Shown: positions 1-7,997, numbered from the stretch's first letter. The stretch is 17,795 nucleotides of DNA from Armatimonadota bacterium (GCA_038248345.1 JBBRXO010000056.1:1-17795); one strand, 5' to 3'. The notes: generated by a model from the sequence alone, not told the origin. Numbers and translations are program-made.

Positions 1-36
1 CCTTCCCGCGCCGGGAAGGGGGCGGGGGGGGGTAGG
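1..36. repeat. REP-like CCTTCCC..GGGAAGG palindrome, probably truncated by the window start
   Basis: ccttccc-gcgcc-gggaagg hairpin followed by a G-run and taggt; same layout as 1168-1205 and 12787-12821. Confidence 0.6.
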
Positions 37-144
37 TAGACCAAGGCTAACGCCATAGATACGCTGTCAGTTTTTCATCTACAAATAATGAAGCTCGCTT
101 CATTACCGATTACTTTAACGAATTGCCTCCGCTAAAACGGGACA

Positions 145-165
145 AGTGACTAGCGACTAGCGACT
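145..165. repeat. Short tandem heptamer repeat (GACTAGC)n
   Basis: agt-gactagc-gactagc-gact, just past the capsid stop codon. Confidence 0.7.
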
Positions 166-169
166 TACC

Positions 170-1060
170 TCACCCCACCAGATCCACTATGGCGAAGGCG
201 GTGGGGGCGGCGATTACGCCGTCGACACGCTCTTCGGCGCGGAGCAGCACCTCGTGGCGCTGGAAGGCGCTGCGTATTTCGTCGCCGACGTTGTAGGCGG
301 CTTCGCTGCTGCGCGTGAGGGTGAAGTCGCGGCGGTCGCCGATGATGAACTGTTTCCAGTCACCGGCTAGGATCGCCGTCTTATTGCCGGTGCCCAGCGT
401 GGCGGGCACCTGGCGCGAGAAGATCACCGGCAGGCCCCAGAGCATATCCGGTGCGCCGCTGCTGTCGGCGGGGGAGAAGATGAAGCGTCCGTCGCCGTCC
501 TTGGCGGCACGCAGCAGCGACTTCACCCGCGGATTAGTGATGAAGCCGGTGGCCGAGTAGCCCGCGCTCTCAATAGCTGCCAGCGCGGCGGCGGTATCAT
601 CCACGATGTCGCCGGTAGAGGTGACTTTCGGCACCGTCGAATCCTGATAGATGCCGGTGATCGGGCCACTGGTGTCGAAGCCCAGGAAGGCGGTGTCTTC
701 CTTGCTGGCAAAGCTGTCTGCCAATAGCTGCGCCACCACCCCGGCGATGCCGCTGTTTGCATCGGCGATCAGCTCCTCGGTCACCGGCACCAGCACTGCC
801 AATTTGTGTGCGGTGAGCTGCAGGCTGTCGAACGATGGCGCGTCCACCCCGTCATCCTCTCCCTCGTTCACCCATTGTGCCGCCACGCCGCTCACTAATC
901 GCGGCAGTGAGAGCGTCAGGCTGGTCATCGGTATCACCTGCGCCAACCGGCGCACTACCGAGGCCACCCCCAGCCGTCCCAGGATCGCCTCGCGCACCGG
1001 CGCTGGCACCAGCACCCCACCTTGCGCTCCGTTTCCCTCTTTAAGTGGAAAAGTTCCCAT
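170..1060 (-). CDS. Phage major capsid protein, HK97 fold (296 aa, no delta domain)
   Basis: Motifs GGVLVP, AQWVNEG, PSFDSLQLTAHKLAVLVPVTEELIAD, LRAAKDGDGRFIF, LWGLPV, ILAGDW and AFQRHEVLLRAEERVDG are typical of HK97-family capsids. RBS AAGGAG upstream. Confidence 0.93.
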   Translation of the reverse strand: MGTFPLKEGNGAQGGVLVPAPVREAILGRLGVASVVRRLAQVIPMTSLTLSLPRLVSGVAAQWVNEGEDDGVDAPSFDSLQLTAHKLAVLVPVTEELIADANSGIAGVVAQLLADSFASKEDTAFLGFDTSGPITGIYQDSTVPKVTSTGDIVDDTAAALAAIESAGYSATGFITNPRVKSLLRAAKDGDGRFIFSPADSSGAPDMLWGLPVIFSRQVPATLGTGNKTAILAGDWKQFIIGDRRDFTLTRSSEAAYNVGDEIRSAFQRHEVLLRAEERVDGVIAAPTAFAIVDLVG

Positions 1061-1089
1061 GGTTTCTCTCCTTTTTTGGTTGTTGATAA

Positions 1090-1205
1090 ACCTACTCCCC
1101 AGCTCCCTTCCCTACAAGGGAAGGGGGAGCAAGGTTAGTTTTCTAATGGATAATCAATCGATCGTCACCCCTTCCCCTTGTAGGGGAGGGGATGGGGATT
1201 AGGTG
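1090..1205. repeat. Inverted pair of REP-like CCCTTCCC..GGGAAGGG palindromes between scaffold and capsid genes
   Basis: Two hairpins in inverted orientation. The 19 nt AGGGGATGGGGATTAGGTG (1187-1205) is identical to 12803-12821. Confidence 0.8.
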
Positions 1206-1213
1206 TTCCACCA

Positions 1214-1543
1214 TCACCCCCGCAGCCACCGTGCAAAGGCTGCGCCCGGGTCTGCCGGGGAGCCGGGGGCGGGGTTTACCCGCTCCGCCGTGTGCTCCGG
1301 GATGAAGAGGTAGTTGCGCGCCGAGTGCAGCTCAGCCACTGCCTCCGGCACGCCGCTCACCGCCCCGGCTTCATCTACAGCTACCCCGGTGCGATCCAAC
1401 AGCAGCAACGCCGCCTCCACATCGCGGCATCCGGCGCGCTGTAACTCCAGCGCCAGCGCCCCCTGCGTCACACTCGTGCGCCAGCGCGCCTCCAGCTCCA
1501 CCACCCGCGTCTCCGCCGTCGGCTCTTCCAACTCTTCGTCCAT
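1214..1543 (-). CDS. Phage capsid scaffolding protein, GP20-like (109 aa)
   Basis: ATG at 1543 follows GAAAGGAGGG. Acidic helical N-terminus, AGCRDVEAALLLLD, SGVPEAVAELHSARNYLF (YLF motif), Pro-rich linker and C-terminal amphipathic helix AAFARWLRG; directly upstream of the capsid gene. Confidence 0.78.
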   Translation of the reverse strand: MDEELEEPTAETRVVELEARWRTSVTQGALALELQRAGCRDVEAALLLLDRTGVAVDEAGAVSGVPEAVAELHSARNYLFIPEHTAERVNPAPGSPADPGAAFARWLRG

Positions 1544-1573
1544 ACACCCTCCTTTCACATACCAAATAGCGAA

Positions 1574-1618
1574 GGCGAGGGGCTGCCGCTGCAACCCCTC
1601 GCCTGGCACCGGTGTGCC
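1574..1618 (-). promoter_or_regulatory. Structured 5' leader: 5-bp hairpin plus 13-bp GC-rich, terminator-like hairpin
   Basis: Transcript reads GGCAC-ACCG-GUGCC A GGCGAGGGGUUGC-AGCG-GCAGCCCCUCGCC UUCGCUAUUU, between the promoter and the scaffold RBS. Confidence 0.55.
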
Positions 1619-1645
1619 TCAACGATTTCGTAGATTTACGGGTGG

Positions 1646-1674
1646 AATATAGCACACATACGTTTGTTTGTCAA
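1646..1674 (-). promoter_or_regulatory. Sigma70-type promoter of the scaffold-capsid operon
   Basis: TTGACA-17 nt-TATATT on the minus strand. Confidence 0.75.
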
Positions 1675-1690
1675 GCGCCGAGCGAGTTTA

Positions 1691-1708
1691 GTTACCTCAT
1701 GTGGTAAC
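1691..1708. promoter_or_regulatory. Palindromic candidate transcription-factor site
   Basis: GTTACC-T-CATG-T-GGTAAC, centred about 60 bp upstream of the predicted capsid-operon start site. Confidence 0.45.
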
Positions 1709-1746
1709 ATCGATAGGATCGTAGCATGGGCATATTGCTCCAATGC

Positions 1747-1858
1747 TTTAATTCACAGGATAGAAGGATAGTCAGGATAATAGCTGGAGTTATTAGCTGC
1801 GCCAGATAATACTTCCCGGCTCTTTTTTCCCTTTTATCCTTCTATCCTGTGAATTAAA
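1747..1858. repeat. 24-bp perfect inverted repeat element (CAGGATAGAAGGATA type)
   Basis: TTTAATTCACAGGATAGAAGGATA (1747-1770) / TATCCTTCTATCCTGTGAATTAAA (1835-1858). Confidence 0.85.
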
Positions 1859-1883
1859 ACGACAGAGGATAACTTTTCCGCGC

Positions 1884-1999
1884 TACCCCGGCATAAATGC
1901 CAGGCCTATCGTCATACGCCGGATAAATCCGGCTTAATCGGGGAAACAAGCCCCATTCATGGGGCGTATGACGATAGCCCAGTCCTTCAGGGCGGGGTA
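1884..1999. repeat. REP/REPIN-like nested palindromic element
   Basis: TACCCCG..CGGGGTA ends; CTATCGTCATACGCC (1906-1920) / GGCGTATGACGATAG (1963-1977); small internal hairpins. Confidence 0.75.
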
Positions 2000-2013
2000 A
2001 TAAACCGACAAAT

Positions 2014-2049
2014 GACTAGTGACTAGCGACTGGCAACGACTAGCGACTA
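2014..2049. repeat. Tandem heptamer repeat (GACTAGC)n
   Basis: gactagt-gactagc-gactggc-aac-gactagc-gacta. Confidence 0.7.
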
Positions 2050-2051
2050 AT

Positions 2052-2080
2052 TTGACATCCCTCCTCCCTTCCCCTATACT
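2052..2080 (+). promoter_or_regulatory. Sigma70 promoter of thrS
   Basis: TTGACA-17 nt-TATACT; predicted start site about 2087. Confidence 0.85.
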
Positions 2081-2086
2081 ATTTTC

Positions 2087-2152
2087 ATGAACTCTTTCCC
2101 GCGCTTTTGCGCTTGTGAGGCTGAGATCGTGACCACTACCGGGACGCCATAG
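2087..2152 (+). CDS. Leaderless threonine-rich attenuator leader peptide (MNSFPRFCACEAEIVTTTGTP)
   Basis: ATG lies 7 nt after the -10 box with no RBS. ACC ACT ACC GGG ACG codons precede TAG and overlap a hairpin; the ORF is upstream of thrS. Confidence 0.78.
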   Translation: MNSFPRFCACEAEIVTTTGTP

Positions 2153-2182
2153 CGTTGCCGGGAGATTTCGTGTGTTTGCTGC

Positions 2183-2216
2183 ATCCCTCCCGGATTTAAC
2201 TGGGGGGATTTTTTTT
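2183..2216 (+). terminator. Attenuator intrinsic terminator in the thrS leader
   Basis: ATCCCTCCCGG-ATTTAA-CTGGGGGGA followed by T8. The 5' arm CTCCCGG can pair instead with CCGGGAG (2158-2164). Confidence 0.82.
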
Positions 2217-2267
2217 CGATTTCAATATTGTCGGGGCGCCAGGTCGGTGCCTACCAAGGAGTATCAG

Positions 2268-4214
2268 ATGAGTGTAAAGGTAACCGTGAATGCCAGTGAG
2301 GATGCCGGGCGCAACCTGCTGAGCTGGATGAAACAGTATCACAAAGATGCGACGAAGACCGCTATCGCCATCCGCGTGGGCGGTGAGTTGCTGGATTTGA
2401 CCGCGCCGTTGCCGGTGGGGCAGGAGCTGGAAATAGTGCAGACCAGTGACCCGGAGGGGCTGGATATGCTGCGCCACAGCACCGCACACTTGATGGCGCA
2501 GGCGGTGCAGCACCTCTTCCCGGAGGCGAAGCCGACCATCGGGCCGTCCATTGAGTCCGGTTTCTATTACGACTTCGCCACGCCGCGCGGGTTCAACGAG
2601 GAAGATTTCGTCGCGATTGAAGCGGAGATGAAGAAGCTGGTGAAGCAAAATATCCCGCTGGTGCGCGAGGAGACTGACCGGCAGGCGCTCATCGGCACCT
2701 ACCAGCAGATGGGCAACCCCTTCAAGGTGGAGGTGCTGGAGGGCATCGCCGATGACACGGTGGCGGTGTACCGGCAAGATGATTACTTCGACCTCTGCCG
2801 TGGCCCGCACGTGCCCTCCACCGGGCGCATCGGCGCTTTCAAGTTGCTCTCTGTGGCGGGTGCCTACTGGCGCGGCGACGAGAAGCAGCCGATGTTGCAG
2901 CGTATCTACGGCACTGCCTTCCCCACCGCCGAGGATTTGCAGGCGTTCCTCACCATGCGCGAGGAAGCGCGCAAGCGCGACCACCGCAAGCTGGGCAAGG
3001 AGCTGAAGCTCTTCGCCATCAGCAGCGAGGTGGGAGCGGGGCTGCCGCTGTGGCTGCCTAACGGGGCGATAGTGCGTAACGCGCTGGAGACCTTCCTGCG
3101 CGCGGAGCAGGCCAAGCGCGGCTACCTGCCGGTGTATACCCCGCATATCGGCAAGCTGGACCTCTACCGCACCAGCGGGCATTATCCGTACTACAAGGAG
3201 AGCCAATTCCCGCCGATTATCTTCAATGAGAACGGCTGTGGCTGCGACGGCGAGACGGAGGAAGGCTACCTGCTGAAGCCGATGAACTGCCCGCACCACA
3301 TCATGATCTACAAAACAGAGATGCGCAGCTACCGCGACCTGCCTATCCGCTACGCCGAGTTCGGCACCGTGTACCGCTACGAGCAGAGCGGCGAGCTGGG
3401 CGGCATGACACGCGTGCGCGGCTTCACTCAGGACGACTCGCACCTCTTCATCACGCCGGAGCAGCTCGACCACGAATTCAAGCAGGTGGTCGACCTCATC
3501 CTCTTCGTTTTCCGCACCCTAGGGCTTAGCGACTACCAGGCGCGCGTCTCGCTGCGCGACCCAGACAGCGACAAATATGTGGGCGACCCGGAGAACTGGG
3601 AGAAGGCGCAAACGGCGATTCTCTCTGCCGTGAAAGACCTAGATTTACCCTACACCATTGCCGAGGGCGAGGCGGCCTTCTACGGCCCGAAGCTCGACTT
3701 CCTGGTGCGCGACAGCATCGGGCGCGAATGGCAGCTGGGCACCGTGCAGGTGGACTACAATCTGCCCGAGCGCTTTGAGCTGGAGTACATCGGCGAGGAC
3801 GGGCAGCCGCATCGCCCAGTGATGATCCACCGCGCGCCCTTCGGCTCGCTGGAGCGCTTCTTCGGCCTGCTCATCGAGCATTTCGCCGGAGCCTTCCCGC
3901 TGTGGATGGCCCCGGTGCAGGCGGTGGTGATCCCCATCGCCGAGCGCCACCAGGAGTACGCCGACCAGGTGGGGGCTACGCTGTTTGCTCTGCCCGCGCG
4001 CGTGAGTGTGGACAGCCGCAACGAGTCGATGCGCTATAAAATCCGCGAGGCGCAAATGCAGAAGATCCCCTACATGCTGGTGGTAGGCGACAAAGAAGCC
4101 GAGAACGGCACCGTAGGCGTGCGCCGCCGCGAAGGTGGCGAGGACCTGGGAGCGATGCCGCTGGCAGAGTTCGTGGAGATGCTGAAAGCGGAAAGCGCGA
4201 TACCGATGAGTTGA
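2268..4214 (+). CDS. thrS: Threonine--tRNA ligase (648 aa)
   Basis: RHSTAHLMAQAV, DLCRGPH, KPMNCPHH, RVRGFTQDD, AFYGPKLD, IHRAPFGSLERF. AAGGAG precedes ATG 2268; the track start at 2172 lies inside the attenuator. Confidence 0.98.
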   Translation: MSVKVTVNASEDAGRNLLSWMKQYHKDATKTAIAIRVGGELLDLTAPLPVGQELEIVQTSDPEGLDMLRHSTAHLMAQAVQHLFPEAKPTIGPSIESGFYYDFATPRGFNEEDFVAIEAEMKKLVKQNIPLVREETDRQALIGTYQQMGNPFKVEVLEGIADDTVAVYRQDDYFDLCRGPHVPSTGRIGAFKLLSVAGAYWRGDEKQPMLQRIYGTAFPTAEDLQAFLTMREEARKRDHRKLGKELKLFAISSEVGAGLPLWLPNGAIVRNALETFLRAEQAKRGYLPVYTPHIGKLDLYRTSGHYPYYKESQFPPIIFNENGCGCDGETEEGYLLKPMNCPHHIMIYKTEMRSYRDLPIRYAEFGTVYRYEQSGELGGMTRVRGFTQDDSHLFITPEQLDHEFKQVVDLILFVFRTLGLSDYQARVSLRDPDSDKYVGDPENWEKAQTAILSAVKDLDLPYTIAEGEAAFYGPKLDFLVRDSIGREWQLGTVQVDYNLPERFELEYIGEDGQPHRPVMIHRAPFGSLERFFGLLIEHFAGAFPLWMAPVQAVVIPIAERHQEYADQVGATLFALPARVSVDSRNESMRYKIREAQMQKIPYMLVVGDKEAENGTVGVRRREGGEDLGAMPLAEFVEMLKAESAIPMS

Positions 4215-4233
4215 GGAGGCAGTAGCCCGGTAT

Positions 4234-4304
4234 TTATCGAATATCCCTGGGAATGCAGGCGTCCCGCCTGCCCCGTAGCATGATATACGGCCTGCGTTCC
4301 CAGG
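4234..4304. repeat. REP-like GCAGGCGTCCCGCCTGC element
   Basis: 4234-4276 matches 10953-10995 at 40 of 43 nt; CCTGGGAATGCAGGC / GCCTGCGTTCCCAGG inverted arms. Confidence 0.8.
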
Positions 4305-4334
4305 AATATCCGATGACAGTTTAGAGGAAAGCTG

Positions 4335-5402
4335 ATGTTAACATGGACAGCAATGCTCAATTGGTTGAGCGCTATATGGGCTAAGAATATGTGGCGGGTT
4401 ATTGGGCTGGGTGCCCTGGTACTGCTGGTAATTGCGCTGGTGGCCGCCCCGTGGTCATTTAAGGGAAAACAATCAGTTACTCCGTCGGGATCAGCTACAG
4501 TACCCGCTCCCCTTGATAAAACCTCCATGCCGCAGGGAAAGGTCGCGAGTGTCGTATTTAATCGCTTTGACGGCGACGGACACACCCGTGTCGTCACCTA
4601 TCCGTTCAATTTTTCCGGTGAAGTGACAGCGCAGCAATACGCGCAGGCGCTGGCGGCGTTGCCGCAGATGGATTTTAACACTACCACTACCAACGATGAC
4701 CGATATGACAGGTTCCATTATCGCCGCCCCGAGATACGGCTGCAGGACGGTGAGTTGGAAGTTAATTATACCGATGTGCTGGAAATATCCTCGTTAAGTT
4801 CGCATCAGATGGGAGAATTTTTTGCCAAATTTGACTCCTGGTTCCTCACTCCGGGGGTTATACGCGTACGTTGGCTGCGCGAAGGGAAACTGGTAACTGA
4901 TTTTGCGGAATATGGACCCATTACTCAACCATTCAACAAGATTGGCGGAAATCCATACTATGCCAACCTGCGAACTGGTGAATTATTGCGCGGTTTCCCC
5001 GACAGAAGCTTCTTCGATTTTCGCTCAATTGAAGGGACGACGGAGTTTCTGAATAGCGGGAAGGTGAAGCAAGTTCCCGACGAGTTTAAGGCATTATTAC
5101 CGGAAGGGATGTCTCTGGCTACACCATCTTATCCGAAGATACCTTTAACTGAATCGAATGGGCGGTTAAGCTTCGATTTACCGGCAAATTTCCCTGTTGA
5201 TGAACCGCTCCGGCTGGCGGGTATTTCACTGGCCTATCTGCAATATCCGGGTGTCCAAGCCATCCAATTCACCTTTGGCGGTAAGGTACGCACCGGCAAA
5301 TTCATGCGTACGGATCTCGCGCAGCCAATTCACAACTACGATCTGATTTTGCCTTATCCTCCTGGCGCTGAGCGAGCTGATCTTTATCACCAGGCACCTT
5401 GA
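4335..5402 (+). CDS. Membrane-anchored protein with two putative GerMN-like domains
   Basis: N-terminal TM segment (VIGLGALVLLVIALVAAPW). Two segments resemble the GerMN C-terminal motif: FLTPGVIRVRWLREGK and LQYPGVQAIQFTFGGK. Confidence 0.55.
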   Translation: MLTWTAMLNWLSAIWAKNMWRVIGLGALVLLVIALVAAPWSFKGKQSVTPSGSATVPAPLDKTSMPQGKVASVVFNRFDGDGHTRVVTYPFNFSGEVTAQQYAQALAALPQMDFNTTTTNDDRYDRFHYRRPEIRLQDGELEVNYTDVLEISSLSSHQMGEFFAKFDSWFLTPGVIRVRWLREGKLVTDFAEYGPITQPFNKIGGNPYYANLRTGELLRGFPDRSFFDFRSIEGTTEFLNSGKVKQVPDEFKALLPEGMSLATPSYPKIPLTESNGRLSFDLPANFPVDEPLRLAGISLAYLQYPGVQAIQFTFGGKVRTGKFMRTDLAQPIHNYDLILPYPPGAERADLYHQAP

Positions 5403-5504
5403 TCTCATATACCCATTAGTTAGAAAACAGAAAGCGCTGGGGTGAATGTAGATCATCCCTACCGCTTACTACCTTCTATGTATGATATATCTGCGAAAAC
5501 TTAA

Positions 5505-5534
5505 TTGACAAAAGCGGGTGATGTAGTAGATAAT
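5505..5534 (+). promoter_or_regulatory. Possible sigma70 promoter of the glycosyltransferase (near-leaderless transcript)
   Basis: TTGACA-18 nt-GATAAT ending 9 nt before ATG 5544. Confidence 0.4.
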
Positions 5535-5543
5535 TGAGCAGAT

Positions 5544-6359
5544 ATGATGCGTATGACAGTCGTTATTAGTACTTATAACAAGCCAGATTGGCTGGAGAAG
5601 ACGCTGTGGGGGTATTCCGCTCAGAGTTTTCGGGATTTTGAAATCATCATCGCTGATGATGGCTCGGGGGAGGATACGCGGGCACGCATTGAGTTCATGC
5701 GCGCGCAGACTGGGTTACCCATCCGCCATATCTTCCATGAGGATGATGGGTTTCGCAAGTCGGTAATCCTCAATCTGGCCATCGAGGCTGTAGCAACTGA
5801 TTACGTCCTCTTTACCGATGGCGATTGCATCCCGCGGTGTGACTTCTTGGCGGCACATGCCCGTTACGCACAGCCGGGCACCTTCCTTTCTGGTGGTTAT
5901 TACAAACTCCCAATTGAAATATCCCAGGCTATTACCGATGCGGAGATTCTATCCAGCGAAGCGTTTAAATTTCCATGGCTGGTAACCAAGCGCGGGGTCG
6001 ATAAGCTCCGCGCCATAAAATTCGTTCTCCCTGGGTGGCTGAGCAATGCCGCCAATCTTCTCACCACCACCCGCGCTACGTTCAACGGTTGCAACACATC
6101 CGCCTGGACTGCTGACATCCGCCGCGCCAACGGCTTCGATGAACGGATGCGCTATGGCGGGCAGGATCGTGAACTGGGGGAACGGCTGGTGAATGCCGGC
6201 ATTTGCCCCCGCCAAATCCGCTACTCCGCCCTCCTCCTCCACCTCGATCATTCCCGCTCCTATCGGAATGAAGAGTCGCTAGCACAGAATCTCGCCATCA
6301 GGAAGCAGACGGTTGAGGAGAAACTGGACTGGACCGGGTACGGAATAATGAAGGATTGA
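5544..6359 (+). CDS. Glycosyltransferase family 2
   Basis: VVISTYN, EIIIADDGS, HEDDGFRKS, FTDGDC (DxD), NGFDERMRYGGQDRE, HLDH. Confidence 0.93.
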   Translation: MMRMTVVISTYNKPDWLEKTLWGYSAQSFRDFEIIIADDGSGEDTRARIEFMRAQTGLPIRHIFHEDDGFRKSVILNLAIEAVATDYVLFTDGDCIPRCDFLAAHARYAQPGTFLSGGYYKLPIEISQAITDAEILSSEAFKFPWLVTKRGVDKLRAIKFVLPGWLSNAANLLTTTRATFNGCNTSAWTADIRRANGFDERMRYGGQDRELGERLVNAGICPRQIRYSALLLHLDHSRSYRNEESLAQNLAIRKQTVEEKLDWTGYGIMKD

Positions 6360-6448
6360 CCTGGTAGCGTAATTGTGGGTTAAGGGATTATTTGCCCCGC
6401 CATCACCCTACATGGTAAAATATAATAGTACTAATAAGGGAGATTTAC

Positions 6449-7714
6449 ATGGAACGCACGTTAAGACAGGTTGACCCCGAAGTTGCCGGGATATTTGATC
6501 GCGAATTGGAGCGGCAACAGGATTCATTGGTGATGATTCCCTCGGAGAATTACGCTAGCCGCGCGGTGATGGCCGCCAACGGGTCTATTCTCACCAATAA
6601 ATATGCCGAGGGTTACCCCGGCCACCGCTATTATCACGGTTGCGAACTGGTGGATGAGGTAGAATTGCTGGCGATCGCCCGCGCGAAGGCACTCTTCGGC
6701 GCGGAGCACGCCAATGTGCAGCCGGTCACCGGTACCCAGGCGAACATGTCCGTCTACTACGCGCTGCTGGAGCATGGCGACACCGTACTGGCAATGGGGC
6801 TGGACCAGGGTGGCCACCTCTCGCACGGCAACAAGATCAACTTCTCCGGCAAGTACTACAATTTCGTTGGCTACGGCGTCGACCGCGAGACTGAGCTGAT
6901 CGACTACGACGTAGTGGCACAGTTGGCGCGCGAGCATAAACCCAAGCTCATCGTCGCCGGCGCTTCCGCCTACCCACGCACGCTCGACTTCCCGCGCTTC
7001 CGCGCCATTGCCGATGAGGTGGGCGCGCTGCTACTGGTGGATATGGCGCACATCGCTGGGCTTATTGCCGGTGGCGTTCACCCCAACCCCGTGCCCTACG
7101 CCGACGTTGTCAGCACCACCACGCATAAGACACTGCGCGGCCCACGCGCCGCGCTCATCCTCTGTAAACAAGAGTACGCCAAGGCCATCGACCGCGCCGT
7201 CTTCCCCGGCATCCAGGCTGGCCCGTTGATGCACACAATCGCGGCGAAAGCGGTGATGCTGAAAGAAGCGATGGCGCCCGAGTTCAAAGTATACCAGCAG
7301 AATGTCGTAAAGAACGCCAAGGTGCTGGCCGAGATCTTCCTGCAACGCGGCTTCCGCCTGGTTTCCGGCGGCACTGATAACCACCTGATGCTGGTGGATC
7401 TGCGCTCCAAGGGTCTCCTCGGCGGCCAGGGCGCCGATGCGTTGCGCGCGGCGAATATCATCGTCAACAGCAACTCCATCCCCTACGACCCGGCCGCGCC
7501 GTCCAAGTGGTCCGGCATCCGCCCCGGCACCCCCAGCGTCACCTCGCGTAACATGGCCGAGGAGAATATGGCGCAAATCGGCAACTGGATGTGCGACGTG
7601 CTGGAAAGCCCGGAAGACCTGGCCGTGCGCGAATCGGTGAAGGCCAGCGTCATCAGCCTATGCAAGCAGTTCCCCATCTACGACTTCATGTCGTATGCGG
7701 GGGAGTTTCGTTGA
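6449..7714 (+). CDS. glyA: Serine hydroxymethyltransferase
   Basis: [40 protein letters not shown] (PLP lysine), [15 protein letters not shown]. Confidence 0.98.
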   Translation: MERTLRQVDPEVAGIFDRELERQQDSLVMIPSENYASRAVMAANGSILTNKYAEGYPGHRYYHGCELVDEVELLAIARAKALFGAEHANVQPVTGTQANMSVYYALLEHGDTVLAMGLDQGGHLSHGNKINFSGKYYNFVGYGVDRETELIDYDVVAQLAREHKPKLIVAGASAYPRTLDFPRFRAIADEVGALLLVDMAHIAGLIAGGVHPNPVPYADVVSTTTHKTLRGPRAALILCKQEYAKAIDRAVFPGIQAGPLMHTIAAKAVMLKEAMAPEFKVYQQNVVKNAKVLAEIFLQRGFRLVSGGTDNHLMLVDLRSKGLLGGQGADALRAANIIVNSNSIPYDPAAPSKWSGIRPGTPSVTSRNMAEENMAQIGNWMCDVLESPEDLAVRESVKASVISLCKQFPIYDFMSYAGEFR

Positions 7715-7722
7715 TACCCATA

Positions 7723-7941
7723 CCACGCGCTAAAGCACGTGGCTAACAACTGCAAACACCGCGAAGCGGTGACGGAATATAGCCCAGGGCGCAAGCCCTG
7801 GGTATAATATCATGATATGTGTATCACCCCGAACGGGGTGAGGGAATAACATTTCCACCACCCTTCCAGGGTGGGAATATTTTACAAATTTCATACCCAG
7901 GGCTCACGCCTTGGGCTATATTCCGCCACCACTCCGTGGTG
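7723..7941. repeat. REP/REPIN-like cluster (TAGCCCAGGGC type)
   Basis: 33-nt imperfect inverted arms 7773-7805 / 7893-7925 plus several small hairpins (caccgc-gaa-gcggtg, caccccg-aa-cggggtg). Confidence 0.8.
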
Positions 7942-7997
7942 AAATACTTATTGTGGTAGGAACATCATCAAATGTCCTAAGTTGTCGCATTTTCACC

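Noticed and set aside
170..1060. Classical encapsulin
   Set aside because: The motifs look phage-capsid-like, and the upstream gene resembles a scaffold rather than a DyP, ferritin or desulfurase cargo.
1544..1609. Longer scaffold start at 1609
   Set aside because: No RBS and it overlaps the leader hairpins; ATG 1543 has GAAAGGAGGG.
2087..2267. T-box riboswitch for thrS
   Set aside because: No AGGGTGGNACCGCG-like T-box sequence or long stem I; the Thr-codon uORF explains the structures better.
2172..2267. N-terminal extension of ThrS from GTG 2172
   Set aside because: It runs through the terminator hairpin, whereas ATG 2268 has a clear RBS.
2196..4055. Long antisense ORFs opposite thrS, and similar ones opposite glyA, cysK and the kinase
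   Set aside because: Shadow frames of GC-rich genes with no recognisable motifs.
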